Shown here: positions 1 through 11,392 of the stretch, in pieces
How positions within the stretch are numbered: the stretch's first letter is position 1
Layout of the letters: the number at the start of each line of letters is the position of its first letter
Assembly: GCF_000981445.1 (NCBI RefSeq)
Contig: NC_027217.1
Coordinates: 2,294,001-2,358,000 of the forward strand
Length of the DNA: 64,000 bases
Origin: Babesia bigemina
Taxonomy: Eukaryota
Direction: 5' to 3'
Made by a program: the position numbers and the translations under genes
The notes under the pieces: generated by a model
What the model was told of the DNA's origin: nothing
What the model saw: only the letters and a program-made list of their open reading frames with translations
Databases searched by the model: none

Positions 1-322
1 TTGGCGCTCTGGTTGAACTTCAGCACCGGGTAGGTGGAGGGAACCACGTCTCCGGTCAGTTTGAAGAAGTCGAGGAATGCATTGCGGCTCTTGGCTGCGC
101 ATGGTTACATATGCGTATAAAAAACTGCCTTAAAACGGCTGTCTCATACGTATAACACCAGACACACGCAGATAACAGAGACACTAGAGCACGGGATACG
201 ATATTTGAGTCGATTGACATGCACATCGTACCTGTTGCTTTCTCCTTCAGGGCCAGGCCGACCCTGCCGACCAGGGAGACGACGACTACCAGCAACACAC
301 TTCTCGAAAAAAAGTACACCAT
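1..322 (-). CDS. 5' part of a spliced gene running off the window edge; probable secreted or membrane protein of unknown function
   Basis: ATG at 322 gives MVYFFSRSVLLVVVVSLVGRVGLALKEKAT (signal-peptide-like), followed by a GT donor. A downstream open exon reads AKSRNAFLDFFKLTGDVVPSTYPVLKFNQSA to position 1 after a CAG acceptor near 96. Confidence 0.45.
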
Positions 323-428
323 TACGTTCAAAGGGCGCCCATTGGTATAAAGGATGTGAATGTGCGCGCGATTGTGCTCGGTTACCACAACATCACTCTC
401 ACGATGTCGTGTCTTGCCCCGACCCAGG

Positions 429-1689
429 CTAGAAGTCGAAGAAGTTTGCGAGACCCTCGCCGAGAGATGCTTCGTAGTTAGCAGGTGGCATGGCCTTGGG
501 CGCGTTGTCGACGGGGTTACGGTGCCTCCGGTACCAGGATTCACTTGGGTGTGTGTAGCTCCAGGCGGGGTTGACCACTCGCCGCAGCTCACCCAACGCC
601 CGCTCGAAGTCGTCAACGCTCAGCGCAGCCGATAGCAAGTCGCGTATCTCGTGGTGGCGCTGGCAGTGCTGATGCAAAAGTTTGAAGGCGTGGCCGCGGA
701 TGCAGCAGGGCGGGTGGTTCGGGTACCTGCATTACGTCGGTTGGCGTGACCGCTGCACCTACTGCCGAACAAGGTCGAGGTACTCCTGCATTATGTCGAT
801 GTGGTCGTACGTGCGGCCAGAAAAGAGGTATGGCTTCTCCAGCAGCGCCTCAGACGACATCACTGCGTCGGCGCTGAGCACTTGTAATGCACAGCGCAGG
901 GCGACATACCCGGTGTGTTCGAGACATCGACGAACGTCCTCGAAAGTTTCTATACCTCCATTTGCGATAACTACGCACTCATTTTGTCGCAAATAGGTAT
1001 GCTCACCCGGTATTCTCACGCGCGACTTTACGATGCGAATGGCCTCCCAATCTGCCTCCCGTGTCAGCTGGCCCTTCTCCGACCTGTGCCTGCCGTGGAC
1101 TGTCAGCGCACGGCACCCGCTTTGCTATTAAACACATGCATATCGACGCTTATGATGCCTACCTCGAGGCTGTAGCACAAGTTGAGCGTGGATTGTAGCG
1201 AATTCTTTTCAACCTTGCGTATCTTGCACGTGACCGGGATCCCCACCTCCTGAGTGATCCTGCTTACGATCCCCCTGTAAAAGCGTGGCGTTTAGTCATG
1301 ACGCACTAAACTTACGTAACTAGATCGGGTTCATCAAGCAGGTACGCTCCGTAGTGCCCGTCTTTGGCGATGCCCTGCGGGCATCCCAAATTTATGTCCA
1401 CCGCTGCCACCTTCCCCTTGAGGTGCGCAGCGGCACTAGCCAACGACGCCGCATCATCGCCACACAGTTGTGCGATAAGTGGAGAGTCCTCGGGCGTTGT
1501 TTGGAAGTGCAATGCGCGATACTTATCACTCTCAGCGAAGATGCGCCCGTGCAGCATGGGAGTGAACGCCAGCTGGGTGTTGTAACGTCGGCAGAGCAGC
1601 CTAAAAGGCAGTTCGCTTTGGTTCACCATGGGCGCAGCTACGTATACCGGTGAGCCCAAAGAGGCCCAGAAGTCATCTTTGGCCTCCAT
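429..1689 (-). CDS. DUS1: tRNA-dihydrouridine synthase (DUS1-like), multi-exon
   Basis: Spliced reading gives the Dus motifs AAPMVNQSELPFR, LIAQLCG, VDINLGCPQ..A..GHYGAYLL, PVTCKIR, LTVHGR, VIANGGI and VMSSEALL. First intron 1275-1315 (GTAAG..CAG). Confidence 0.92.
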
Positions 1690-2110
1690 ATCATATACAT
1701 GGATAAGGAGCAGGACCAGTCGCGACAACAATGCCGCAAAAGTACGTTAAGCGTATCACCAACAACCGTCTTCTACTCAAACAAGGATAGCTACCAATGT
1801 TTTACGATATCACAATGATCAGCATGTCAACCGGGAATCATATAAACCTTAATCCAAGTCCGCCACTGGCGCCAGAAGTCGTTGGCAACAGTTCACGTTC
1901 TGCTGCTCCACAAAACGCAAGAACACTTCATATAGTAACCTCAATGTATCTTTACCATTTAGACAATTATAAGCTAGTTTTGCGGTCCTGGAGTTGCCCA
2001 AATGTGCGACGAGTCGAACGCGGGCCTCGGTTATGCCAGGTACACACAACATGTTGTATAACGATAAACAACGATATATGAACCCTGTACCGACGTTATT
2101 ACGTTGGCAG

Positions 2111-2873
2111 TCAGCGTTTGTATGCCCTGATGTCAGGAATCTCTCCCCTTTTGAGCCCCTCAAGCATCTCGTAGTCTATGCCCTGAAGGGCGTACGCGAA
2201 CCTGAAAACAGTCAACGCCACATCATGGAAACCTACTTCATGCGGTTCTCCTTGCGCGTGATAGAACGCGACTGCCGAAAGTACCCTCGCTTCGTGAAGG
2301 CGCGTTTGCGATGCTTGGTGTCGGTTCGCACCTTGTTGAACAGATACGCCGGTCCCACATCGTAGATGTGGTAAACGCCCGTCTGCTGATCCTCGACGAC
2401 GTGGTGCGAGTCCGTTGTCACAGCAGGGAGCTGCACAGGTTGGCGGCGGGTCTCTGGGCGGGGCCCATTTGGCAGCTCGAGGTTAACATGGATGGGAACC
2501 TGCAACCGGAATTATCCAATGTCCACTAGGAATCGTTTCCACAAATCGTACACAACTAGCGACACTTTTCAGTACTTACCGGGCATTCTATTTGCGATAT
2601 GTGGGTGAAGACGCCGTCACTGAGGCGGACGAAGGGATCCTGCAGCGCAGACCACTGAGCTGTGCCGGCGGCGTTGCATAGCACAGGCGGACTCCGTATA
2701 GGGGAAATGGGATGCGTTGTGCCTGAATTCCAGCCCATAATAGCATGCTTAGGCATGTCGGACGATGTTGACGCTGGCTTCTGCGGCCATATGCCGACGA
2801 CCGTTGAAGCCAAATCGGACGGCAGCCGCCGGGTCATGGCGCGGACCGCCAGCATCGCGGTCCTGCTGCCCAT
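2111..2873 (-). CDS. Hypothetical protein, 3 exons, with an Arg-rich N-terminus and a highly basic C-terminal segment; possibly mitochondrial
   Basis: Exons join through GT-AG introns: MGSRTAMLAVRAMTRR...IECP | VPIHVN...KHRKRAFTKRGYFRQSRSITRKENRMK | FAYALQGIDYEMLEGLKRGEIPDIRAYKR*, with the stop at 2111-2113. Confidence 0.6.
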
Positions 2874-2969
2874 AGATTAAAGCGTATATTACAATGTTAC
2901 ATTACACTACGTTTATATTATTATAGTGTAAGTGGCCGTCAGTTTTCTCGCCTTCCCGATGTGGAAGTC

Positions 2970-5018
2970 TTACACACGGTACAAGAGAATGTCTATCGCA
3001 TACGGGGTCGCGTGAGACTCCGCAACCACAATCGTCTCCTTACCGTCACTGCATTGATCATCTAAGCCCGAATCGTGTCTTCCCTCTCGTGTTTCGGGGG
3101 ATCGGCTTAGCATTGCTTTGAGCACTGCGAACACGCCGCTCTGAATCTTCGACGTCGTAATATCGGGGTCAACCAACACCACCGAGCGGCACGGATCCTC
3201 ACTCAGGAAAGCACTCGGTTTATCGCGGGAAATTCGTTCCCAAGCGCTGAACAGCTCTGCCAACAGCTTCAGCTCTTCCAGACCAAGTGCGCTGAGTCCG
3301 CCGGCAGCGTACCCCGCAATGTGCTGACAGATGCAGAACAGTTGGTAGGTGCCCTGTGTGCCCAAAGCCGTTGTGAGGAACGTGCATGCGCGATCATCTG
3401 TGGTAGCTGCCACGTCGATGTTGGCAGATTCTCCAGTGAGTGCGAACGCATCAAAAGCCACGCCTTGTGTGCCGTGCTCTATGTACCCACCATTCCCAGG
3501 TGCTGCGTTGAAGTTCCTTGCGTAGGAATGGGGAGTCACATGTAGCCTCGTGAAACACAGTGTCAGGTGCCTCAGCAGCCGCGCGAAGAGGCCGCCGTCC
3601 ACAATTAAGCTGGTGGCTGCACTAAAGCAGACGTTAGCTATGTGTAGGGGCAACACCTGCAAATTTATGACAATTGCGCAAATAATAACACACCTGTTGC
3701 GATATGTTGCGATTGACGTAGGCATATCGAGCCGATTTCCTGTCCAGCTCCACCAGCTCCTCAAAACGGCGTATGATTGCCGTTTGCACAGAGTCACGCG
3801 TAGAATTACGCGTGATTCCACGCGTTGTATCCCTTATATCCAACCGAGATAGCGCATAGTACACTGTGGACAGCCCCTGAGGAGTGAGCTCCCGCAGCAC
3901 CCTTGACATGGCCACCGTAAGCTTCTCCAAGAAAGGTTCACAACGAATCCGCAGCTTACCCATGCCGTAGCAAATGTTACTCAGCTCGAGTTCGGATAGA
4001 CGCAGCGGTTTGCCGCCTTTGACAGTTTCCATCTGCCTGACCAGCTCCGCAGGTAGGTAGTTGTATTTGCCGAAGGTGTACAGCGCAGACGATAGTAGCT
4101 TTGGGTTGCTCTCCACGGGAGCGATTGACATAGAGCGGTCCAGGTGCTTGAGCGCGCCATACAGGTCCTTGGCAGGTACGCTGTACTTGAGGAAACCGTG
4201 CAACAGCACGGCCAGTTGCTGCGGCAGGAACTGCTCCAGGTGGCTGGGCAGGAACCTATGCACAATGTGGTTAAGCACTGCATCGTTAAGTGCAACATCC
4301 GACTTTGCGAAGCTATTCACGACAAGAGAAGCGCCTTGCGGAGTTAGTTGGGATATGACGTTGCGGCCTGTCTCCGGGGCTCCTGGGTCGTTGCCACTCT
4401 GCGACTCGGCTCTGAAAATAATAGTCTAAGCACATCTCACACACACCTGTAGTGCGCAACCAGATTGTTCGCTAGCGCGTCGTTTGCGGCGTTCAGAAGG
4501 TCGTCAGCGGACAACCCGAGCTTAGACACGCAATTGAGCACCAGCGACAGGTCCTGCTCGTTCATATCCGTAACCAGCCGCCTCGCCACGGGGAGCAGCT
4601 GCTCCGCGCACCACCTCAGCTTCCTGGAAACAATGTCCCATTGTGCCTTCGAAGTGGCTTGCGGCTGACTCGTGCACTGGTAAACTTTTGCATACGCATT
4701 TAGGACCAGAGAGGCATCCTTTGAGCGCAGCGAGCCTGACCGCCCCAGCAGCAGAACGCGCTGGTGCAGAGGCTGCAGTACAGCTTCGAATCCCAGCTGC
4801 CCCTGCCCTTCAAGCCGTAGCGTCGGTGACAGAGACCGGAGCACATGGTCCTCCAGGAAGCTTTTCAAGCATTGTTCTCGGCGGAAATTGGTTGACTGCG
4901 AGAGCCGGCCGAAGTTAAGGGCGATGCGGTTGAGCACCTTGGACAGTTGAGCGGAGGTGAACGTGGCGCAGAATCCAGACCATTCGTTACTCAAGGACCT
5001 CGCCGCACGGGAGCCCAT
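2970..5018 (-). CDS. Heptatricopeptide-repeat (HPR)/RAP-type helical-repeat organellar RNA-binding protein, multi-exon
   Basis: Repeated helical units: FTSAQLSKVLNRIA, MNEQDLSLVLNCVSKL, LTPQGASLVVNSFAK, FLPQQLAVLLHGFLK, LSELELSNICYGMGKL, LTPQGLSTVYYALSRL. The C-terminus ESHATPYAIDILL resembles the start of a RAP domain. Short introns near 4412-4446 and 3657-3693. Confidence 0.75.
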
Positions 5019-5239
5019 CGCCACCTGTCTACTCCCCTCGCTCACGGTGAGAGGAGGAGAAGAAGGCGGCAATTGTTGCAGCGTGTTGATGCCGCATTAT
5101 ACATGAATTGCCAGCAACTAAGTCCGGAGGCAGTGATGACGCGACAACTGCCGCCCTTGTTAGGGTGTGTCGGAGTTGGGTCAACCTCAGCGCTCGCCCG
5201 AACTGCACATCACGGATTCTACGTTCCGGAGAAATCAAG

Positions 5240-6075
5240 ATGGCGTGGAACACCTTGTATTTCGAGCTGCCGATCTTCCAGACGCATTTCGGCAGCAACG
5301 TCACCTGCCCCTTCAAGAAGCTCTTCGTCTCAATGACGCTATACGGGGAGGTCTCAAATCGCAACGACGTGGTGCGCCACGCCATGGAAGTAAGCGAGGT
5401 TGCAGCTCCCGCAGTTCCAGACAAGCGCATGGCGACAGTGGGCCAAGATGGGCTCCCGGCGTCGTCAGAGCCGGACTGCCGGGGCATGTTGGATTTCGAG
5501 CTCATCCACCTCATCCTGCATCCGGATATGGTAAGAGGGTCGATTAAACGTGCCATGTGTTCGCAGGTGGTGTCGGTTGAGCACGTTTCCTACGCAATCA
5601 GCCGCGCCGTCACCAATGTGCTCAACCGGAAGGTGCACAGCGCCCACTTCACGACGGAGGTGGTGTACATGATGGGAGGCTCCTCGAGCGTAAGTTCCGC
5701 AGACGACTGAAAGTAATGCGCCGCAGGTGACCAAGTGCATGGACGAAATGTGCATACAAACCAGCATAACGGACAACACGTGCAAGGCCATGCTGGCGGT
5801 GTCCATCTCCAAGACGAAAGTGAGTCCCACTGCAGCCGCCAATTACATGAACGTGCAGATATTCGGCGAGCTAGAGTCGCTCGTCAGGGGCGTGCAGATG
5901 CCCATCGAGGAGCTGAAACAGATGAGGAACAGCGAGAAAATCGCCAAGGTACGCAACATGCAGCAACAAAATTAAAACTAAATATTAGGCGTTCAAGTGT
6001 TCCAAGGAGGAGATCATGTTGCCCGGAGGGCTCGAAGCCTGCATATTGGGCCGCATAGGCACCAAGCGGATCTGA
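5240..6075 (+). CDS. CGI121: KEOPS/EKC complex subunit CGI121 (TPRKB), multi-exon
   Basis: The spliced product LILHPDMVVSVEHVSYAISRAV...KVHSAHFTTEVVYMMGGSSSVTKCM...EKIAKAFKCSKEE...LEACILGRIGTKRI* follows the CGI-121 family pattern. Four ~37-40 nt GT-AG introns. Confidence 0.75.
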
Positions 6076-6091
6076 CTGGCCGCGCCGCGGC

Positions 6092-9000
6092 TCACAGGAC
6101 CGCCGGTACCCTGCGCAGCAGGCCGGGGAACGGCTCCAAGTTACGCAAAGTGAACTCGCGCTCGAAAGTGGGCCTACCAACTTCCATTAAGCACTCATCC
6201 ACCAGCTGACGTTGCTTCTTGTCCAGCTCGTCGAGCAGTTGGCCGTACTCAAAGATGAGGCGCTTCTGCGGCATGTCGCCGGGGAACGTCACCTCGGCGA
6301 CGCCGTGCACAGTGCCGTACGCCCACGGGCCGTTGTACGACACGCCGTTGTGGAAAATCATAACACCGTTGCCGTGGCGCATGCCACACAGCAGGTCGCC
6401 GCTGTACGTGCTCCCGCTGGGCGCCTTAATGATGCCCCCGCCGTGCGGCAAAATGCGGTTGCTGAAGGTGGACATCACCTCCTCAGCCTCGGTGAACACG
6501 GACTCGTCGTACGAGGGGAGCCTCAGCAGGGGGTTCAGGTCTGGGCAGAAGGCCAGGGTGCCCACGTACTTGTATCCGCCGGGGAACTTCACCAGCACGT
6601 CAGACATCACCAGGCTGTCATTCACCCAGGTGCCCTCGATGCTGATGGTGGCGGAGAATTCGGTGTCGTTCATCTTTATGGTCACCGCTCCCTGGCCGTT
6701 GCGGATCCCGCGGTCCCACTGCCCTTCGAACGACACCAACTTGTCGTAGATGATTTTGCCGGGGCCGTGCAGCACTTCGCCATGGAGCTTGCCCACGTAG
6801 ATGCGGCCGTCGGGCTTTATCATGCTGCACACGCCCTGCAGCTCGTTGTTGCGGAACGACCCAATCTTCACGGTGCCGTCGATGCTAATCAGCTTGCCGC
6901 GGCCGCAGTACTGGCCGTTCTCGAAGTCGCCCTCGTAGGTGTCGCCGCCGGCGTGCACCAGCTTACCGGTACCGTGGAAGGTGTTGTTCTTGAAGATGCC
7001 GCTGTAAATGAAGGTCGGGGTTTGCAGCTCGCCGTAGCCGTTGCGTTTGTCGGAAACCCACTGCCCGCGGTATTTGTACCCCTGCTTCTCCGATATCAAA
7101 CTGCCTTCACCGTGGCGCTTGCCGCCAACCCAGTCGCCCTCGTAGACGGTCCCGTCCGCGGTTATGTACGTGCCCTTGCCGTCACGCTTCATGTACTTCA
7201 TGTCACCGATGTACACATCGCCGTTCGCGTACTTCTGCTTCGCCATCGAGCTTTTGCTGAAGTACACGGGCTCGCTGAACGTGGCCAGCTCGTTCTCCTC
7301 GAAGAACTGCTGCGCGCACAGGCTGTTCACCCACATCTCAATAAAGTCGATACCGTGGTTGCACTGCAACTCCATGATCTTGGTGGCCACAGACCCAACC
7401 ACTTCAAACTTAATCTCCTCATCCTCAGACCGCCTGTAGTTGCGCTGGGTGGGGTACACTTTTTTCTTGGGCGTGAAGCTCTTGCGGATTGGGGCCGCAG
7501 ATTTTGCACCACCTTTCCCTTGCTTCACGTCGCTGGTCCCTGCATCCTTTTCGTCTTCGTGTGCATGCTGGCATCCCTTCTTTTCACATTCCCCGGAGTC
7601 GCCTTCTTTCTTCATTTCCTTCATTAACTCGTCATTTTGGACGTTGGGCGATGGGCCGGCCACTTGTACCTCGTTGACACCAACACTCTGCCGTGCAGCT
7701 GGCACTTCATTTGATTTTTCAGCAACGGATGCTTTGGCGCCAGCAAAGAAGTCAATATCCTTTGTTTCCCGTGGAACCTCTTCGTCGGGTTTCTCGGCGC
7801 CATCAGCGTCGTTGGCGGTCGCATTCGGTTCATACCTGGGAGTCGAATCGGTGTCGTACTCATGCGTGTCGTTCCACAGTTCGTTGTTTTCTACATCGTC
7901 TTCATTCTTGGCGTTCGCATCCGCTTCATCAGTAACGAACTCACCGGTGATAAACTGCCTAACCAGTTCAAAAAAGCCCGGTTTGGCAGATTCGGATTTT
8001 TCCTCGTCAGCCTTCTGAGCGCCTTCGCCGGCCGCCTCGGGCGATTTCTCTTTGCCATCCGAACCTGCCTCTGCGCTTTCCGAAGGCTTCTCAGCTGTGG
8101 CTGTGGCAGCCGCGGCATTTTCTGCAGGACTACCGCCGTCTTGTTTCACAGCAGCGGCATCCTTTGCACCACTACTGTCACCCTCTGCCGCAGTGTCAAC
8201 AGTTTCTGAACCGCTTTTGGCATCTGTTTCAGTGGCATTAGTGGCATCGGCTGTGCCATTGTTGGCGTCTGGTTCCGCAGGCTTAGCAGCATTTGCTGAG
8301 CTGTCCTCGCCGGTATTCTCCACGGCGTCACCATCGTCCTTTGGACCGCTGTTGTCTTGTGTTTCCGCCTCAGCAGCATCCTCTGCAGTGTTGCTGTCAT
8401 CTGGCTGCTCGGCCTTAGCAGCATCCTCTGCACTGGCTGTGGCTTCTTGTGCGGCTGTCGGTTCGGTCTGTTCGCTCTCGGGTGCCTTCTCAGCATCGTG
8501 TTCCTCCGCAACCTTTTCGGCCTCTTCGCTAGCAGGGGCTTCTGAGGCCGCAGTTCCAGAATCTACCACGGACTCCGATGGAGCTTCAGCGTCGGTCTTG
8601 GGGGCTGATTCGGCTGTTGATTCCGGTTCCTCCTTCTGTTCTGGCGCAGTTTCCCCGGATACGGCATCCTTTTCGCCTTCCGTGGGTTCATCAGCCGCGG
8701 GCTGCTTTTCCGAGTCGTTGGCGCTTTGCACATCGGATGCAGCTGCCGAAGCTTCAGCGGCGCCATCCTTGGCCGGTTCGGAAGCGGTTCCGGCGTCAGA
8801 AGACCCTTTTTCATCTTTGGTGGCGGCCTTGGCCGCTTCCTTAGCGTCCTTCACCGCATCGGTCGAGCGTTTGGAACGGCCCTTGTCACGGTCGTCGAGG
8901 CCGCTGGAGCCAGGTTGTTTCCCCGCATCCTTGCCGCCATCGGATTTTGCAGATTCTTTCTTCTTTGACGGCGCGAAGAGCGCAGCGAATTTGGAAAATG

Positions 9001-11392
9001 ACAAGGATTTGAAAAATTCAAGCGCCGCATCCGCAGGGGAGCTTTTCTCGGTTTTGGCTGTGTCGGCAGCGCATTGCTTGGTGTTATCGGAGCACTGGTG
9101 ATACGTCTTGTCGTGCGGATGGATCACCGTGAAATCGTTGTCGTAGGACACCGGATCGCCATAGTCGCAGAACTCGTGGTGTTCACCTTCACCGGGGCAC
9201 GGGATGTCGCAATCGCACTGCTGCTCCGGGAAGAAGTTCTTGTAACTGGACTCGAGGAAGCTAATCGCGGGAAGGTCGCCGCGGAAGAAGCAGTCGCCAC
9301 GCTTCAACACCGTGCCCGTCACAGTCTGCGCGCAATCGGTAAGCGCCTTCACGTCGAAATTGAAGTCCATCAGTAGCTGGTGCAGCATCCGCTTCTCCCC
9401 GCAGACGTACGCGACGTCCGATAGGAACTTCAGCAGGTACTCTTGCATGGGGTTGATGCGATAGTTGATGGCGTATTCGACTTCACGGATGCGCTCCTTG
9501 TCATGGTGGGACACGTGGATGTGCTCGACGTAACCAAAGTAGTGGTAGTGGCTCTTGTGTTTGGCCATCTTGGCGAACATGTCGTGCATCGAGAAGGGGC
9601 GTGACGCGGACACACGGGTGTCCGGTTGGGCTGAGGGATCCTCGTCGTCGTCGTACCTCTCCTGTGCCTTGGACGCGACTGTGGAGCGTTTCGACGTGTT
9701 GCATTTCTTCAGCCAGTTCGGCACAGTGCCCGGGAAATACTTGTCGAGCAGCCCCAGCGCACTCTCGTTGCACTTGATGACGCCCCTACGCGACACGCGG
9801 TTGCCGATGGTGCGCTTGAGGGAGCCGCTGATGTCCACCAAAGCGGACGGGGTCTTGCTCAAATACCCACCAATGGTGGAATATATGGCGCCACCGGTGC
9901 TGGATACCGCCTTCACAATCTCGTCGTCCTCGGAGTCGTATTCAGGTTCCGCCGCGCTGTCGAAATGCTGGATCTCGTACAGGGACGGGTGGAACATCTG
10001 CAGCAGGCCGCCGTTCAGCAGCTGTATGCAGTTCTGCTCCAGGTTAACCAAAAAGTCAGGCAGCTGGTCCAGGCACTGGATGATTTTGAGGTCAGTGATG
10101 CCCACAATATAGCCGGAGACGCCCTTCACGAGGTTCACCATCTCCATCGTGAAGTAAGGGAAGATCATGTTCTGCGAGTGGAACAGCTGCAGCGGCATGG
10201 CGAACTTCTTCCACGAGTGCCACATCGAACCGAAACCGTTAGAATTGAAACCGAGCGCGCTGGCCCCGGGGATCATCGTCAGCATCGCCAAGACGGCCGT
10301 GGACGTGCGGGCGGCGGACTGCGAGTAGACGGTGATCTTGCGGCCAACCATAAGCGACTTCACGATGAACAGCAGCGACCGGTACGACAAACACAGCGCA
10401 ACGGGCTTGAAGTACATCTCCAGGTTGGCGTACAGCGACTCGTAGCTCCAGTTCTCCACCATCTCCGCGGAGTTCATCTGCTCCACGAACGACACCAGCA
10501 GCTGGTAGTCCCTGAAGCACTTGTTGTGGAAGTACGTCTGCGCGATGCACTCGAGCCTTGAACCGATGTAGGAGAAGAAAGGTACTTTGCTGATGACGCA
10601 TATCGCCACGTACGTGTATTGGCGGCGCTTCTCCTGGGGGTTGCCCTGAGCGCCACCGACACCCACGGCATTTTTAGAAACCAGGGTCACACCCTTCGAT
10701 CGCTCGAGGAACTGCACCGCTTCATTTATCAGCCTCTGCTGTGTTGTGGGTGGGGCAAAACCCTTCGGCTCTTCCTTGACAACTGCGAACTTCGCAACGT
10801 AGCTCACGCCGTAGAGGTAGTTGCCAGATGGGGTGGGCAACGTAAAGTACACGAAATCTACCAACGTCGAGCTCTGCATCGAACCTAGAGCCAGCCTTGG
10901 AACGAGATGGAAGGACGCCTCGAGCTGATACAGGGCAGACCTGCCCTTGGAGGTCCAGTTGTTCACATCGTTCACGCGGAGGCGATTAGAGTATGGGGCG
11001 GACGTGAAAAACCTCAAACGATTGGGATGTGTAAAGTCCACGTTGATGCGTGTCTCGTCGTGTCTCACGATGGTTGCTCCCACGATGGGCGGGCCGTGCA
11101 ACTCGGTGTTGTACAGTGCCATGCGCTCAGCGTTTTCATCCGTCGCAGATAGATCTAGCTCGGCCGTGTTCACGCCCACGGTCTCGTCCGATACGTCGTA
11201 GAACACGGAATCCTGAACGAAGTCTCCCGTGGTGTATCTATTGGCGTGCGGTCTCCCGAATCTATCGACGGCGTAAGGAACACCCTGCGGAGCCATCCCA
11301 ACCGCCGCCCTGGACTGGGCCTGGAACTGACCGGAATGCGCATGTCGCGCGGCATCACGATTGTAGTAGTCAAATTCCCACATTTCTACCAA
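6092..11392 (-). CDS. 1766-aa protein: N-terminal AVL9/DENN-like domain, central acidic low-complexity linker, C-terminal MORN repeats
   Basis: Single long ORF. AVL9-like motifs VYFTLP..LYGVS..AICVISKVPFF..I.SRL..IAQTYF and LFIVKSLMVGRKITVYS. Many MORN repeats such as YEGDWVGGKRHGEG, YRGQWVSDKRNGYG and YSGIFKNNTFHGTG. Confidence 0.85.
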   Translation of the reverse strand: MVEMWEFDYYNRDAARHAHSGQFQAQSRAAVGMAPQGVPYAVDRFGRPHANRYTTGDFVQDSVFYDVSDETVGVNTAELDLSATDENAERMALYNTELHGPPIVGATIVRHDETRINVDFTHPNRLRFFTSAPYSNRLRVNDVNNWTSKGRSALYQLEASFHLVPRLALGSMQSSTLVDFVYFTLPTPSGNYLYGVSYVAKFAVVKEEPKGFAPPTTQQRLINEAVQFLERSKGVTLVSKNAVGVGGAQGNPQEKRRQYTYVAICVISKVPFFSYIGSRLECIAQTYFHNKCFRDYQLLVSFVEQMNSAEMVENWSYESLYANLEMYFKPVALCLSYRSLLFIVKSLMVGRKITVYSQSAARTSTAVLAMLTMIPGASALGFNSNGFGSMWHSWKKFAMPLQLFHSQNMIFPYFTMEMVNLVKGVSGYIVGITDLKIIQCLDQLPDFLVNLEQNCIQLLNGGLLQMFHPSLYEIQHFDSAAEPEYDSEDDEIVKAVSSTGGAIYSTIGGYLSKTPSALVDISGSLKRTIGNRVSRRGVIKCNESALGLLDKYFPGTVPNWLKKCNTSKRSTVASKAQERYDDDEDPSAQPDTRVSASRPFSMHDMFAKMAKHKSHYHYFGYVEHIHVSHHDKERIREVEYAINYRINPMQEYLLKFLSDVAYVCGEKRMLHQLLMDFNFDVKALTDCAQTVTGTVLKRGDCFFRGDLPAISFLESSYKNFFPEQQCDCDIPCPGEGEHHEFCDYGDPVSYDNDFTVIHPHDKTYHQCSDNTKQCAADTAKTEKSSPADAALEFFKSLSFSKFAALFAPSKKKESAKSDGGKDAGKQPGSSGLDDRDKGRSKRSTDAVKDAKEAAKAATKDEKGSSDAGTASEPAKDGAAEASAAASDVQSANDSEKQPAADEPTEGEKDAVSGETAPEQKEEPESTAESAPKTDAEAPSESVVDSGTAASEAPASEEAEKVAEEHDAEKAPESEQTEPTAAQEATASAEDAAKAEQPDDSNTAEDAAEAETQDNSGPKDDGDAVENTGEDSSANAAKPAEPDANNGTADATNATETDAKSGSETVDTAAEGDSSGAKDAAAVKQDGGSPAENAAAATATAEKPSESAEAGSDGKEKSPEAAGEGAQKADEEKSESAKPGFFELVRQFITGEFVTDEADANAKNEDDVENNELWNDTHEYDTDSTPRYEPNATANDADGAEKPDEEVPRETKDIDFFAGAKASVAEKSNEVPAARQSVGVNEVQVAGPSPNVQNDELMKEMKKEGDSGECEKKGCQHAHEDEKDAGTSDVKQGKGGAKSAAPIRKSFTPKKKVYPTQRNYRRSEDEEIKFEVVGSVATKIMELQCNHGIDFIEMWVNSLCAQQFFEENELATFSEPVYFSKSSMAKQKYANGDVYIGDMKYMKRDGKGTYITADGTVYEGDWVGGKRHGEGSLISEKQGYKYRGQWVSDKRNGYGELQTPTFIYSGIFKNNTFHGTGKLVHAGGDTYEGDFENGQYCGRGKLISIDGTVKIGSFRNNELQGVCSMIKPDGRIYVGKLHGEVLHGPGKIIYDKLVSFEGQWDRGIRNGQGAVTIKMNDTEFSATISIEGTWVNDSLVMSDVLVKFPGGYKYVGTLAFCPDLNPLLRLPSYDESVFTEAEEVMSTFSNRILPHGGGIIKAPSGSTYSGDLLCGMRHGNGVMIFHNGVSYNGPWAYGTVHGVAEVTFPGDMPQKRLIFEYGQLLDELDKKQRQLVDECLMEVGRPTFEREFTLRNLEPFPGLLRRVPAVL

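Noticed and set aside
6212..9101. Long plus-strand ORFs (471 aa and 349 aa) antisense to the AVL9-MORN gene
   Set aside because: Shadow ORFs expected from GC-rich codon bias and low-complexity sequence; no recognisable motifs.
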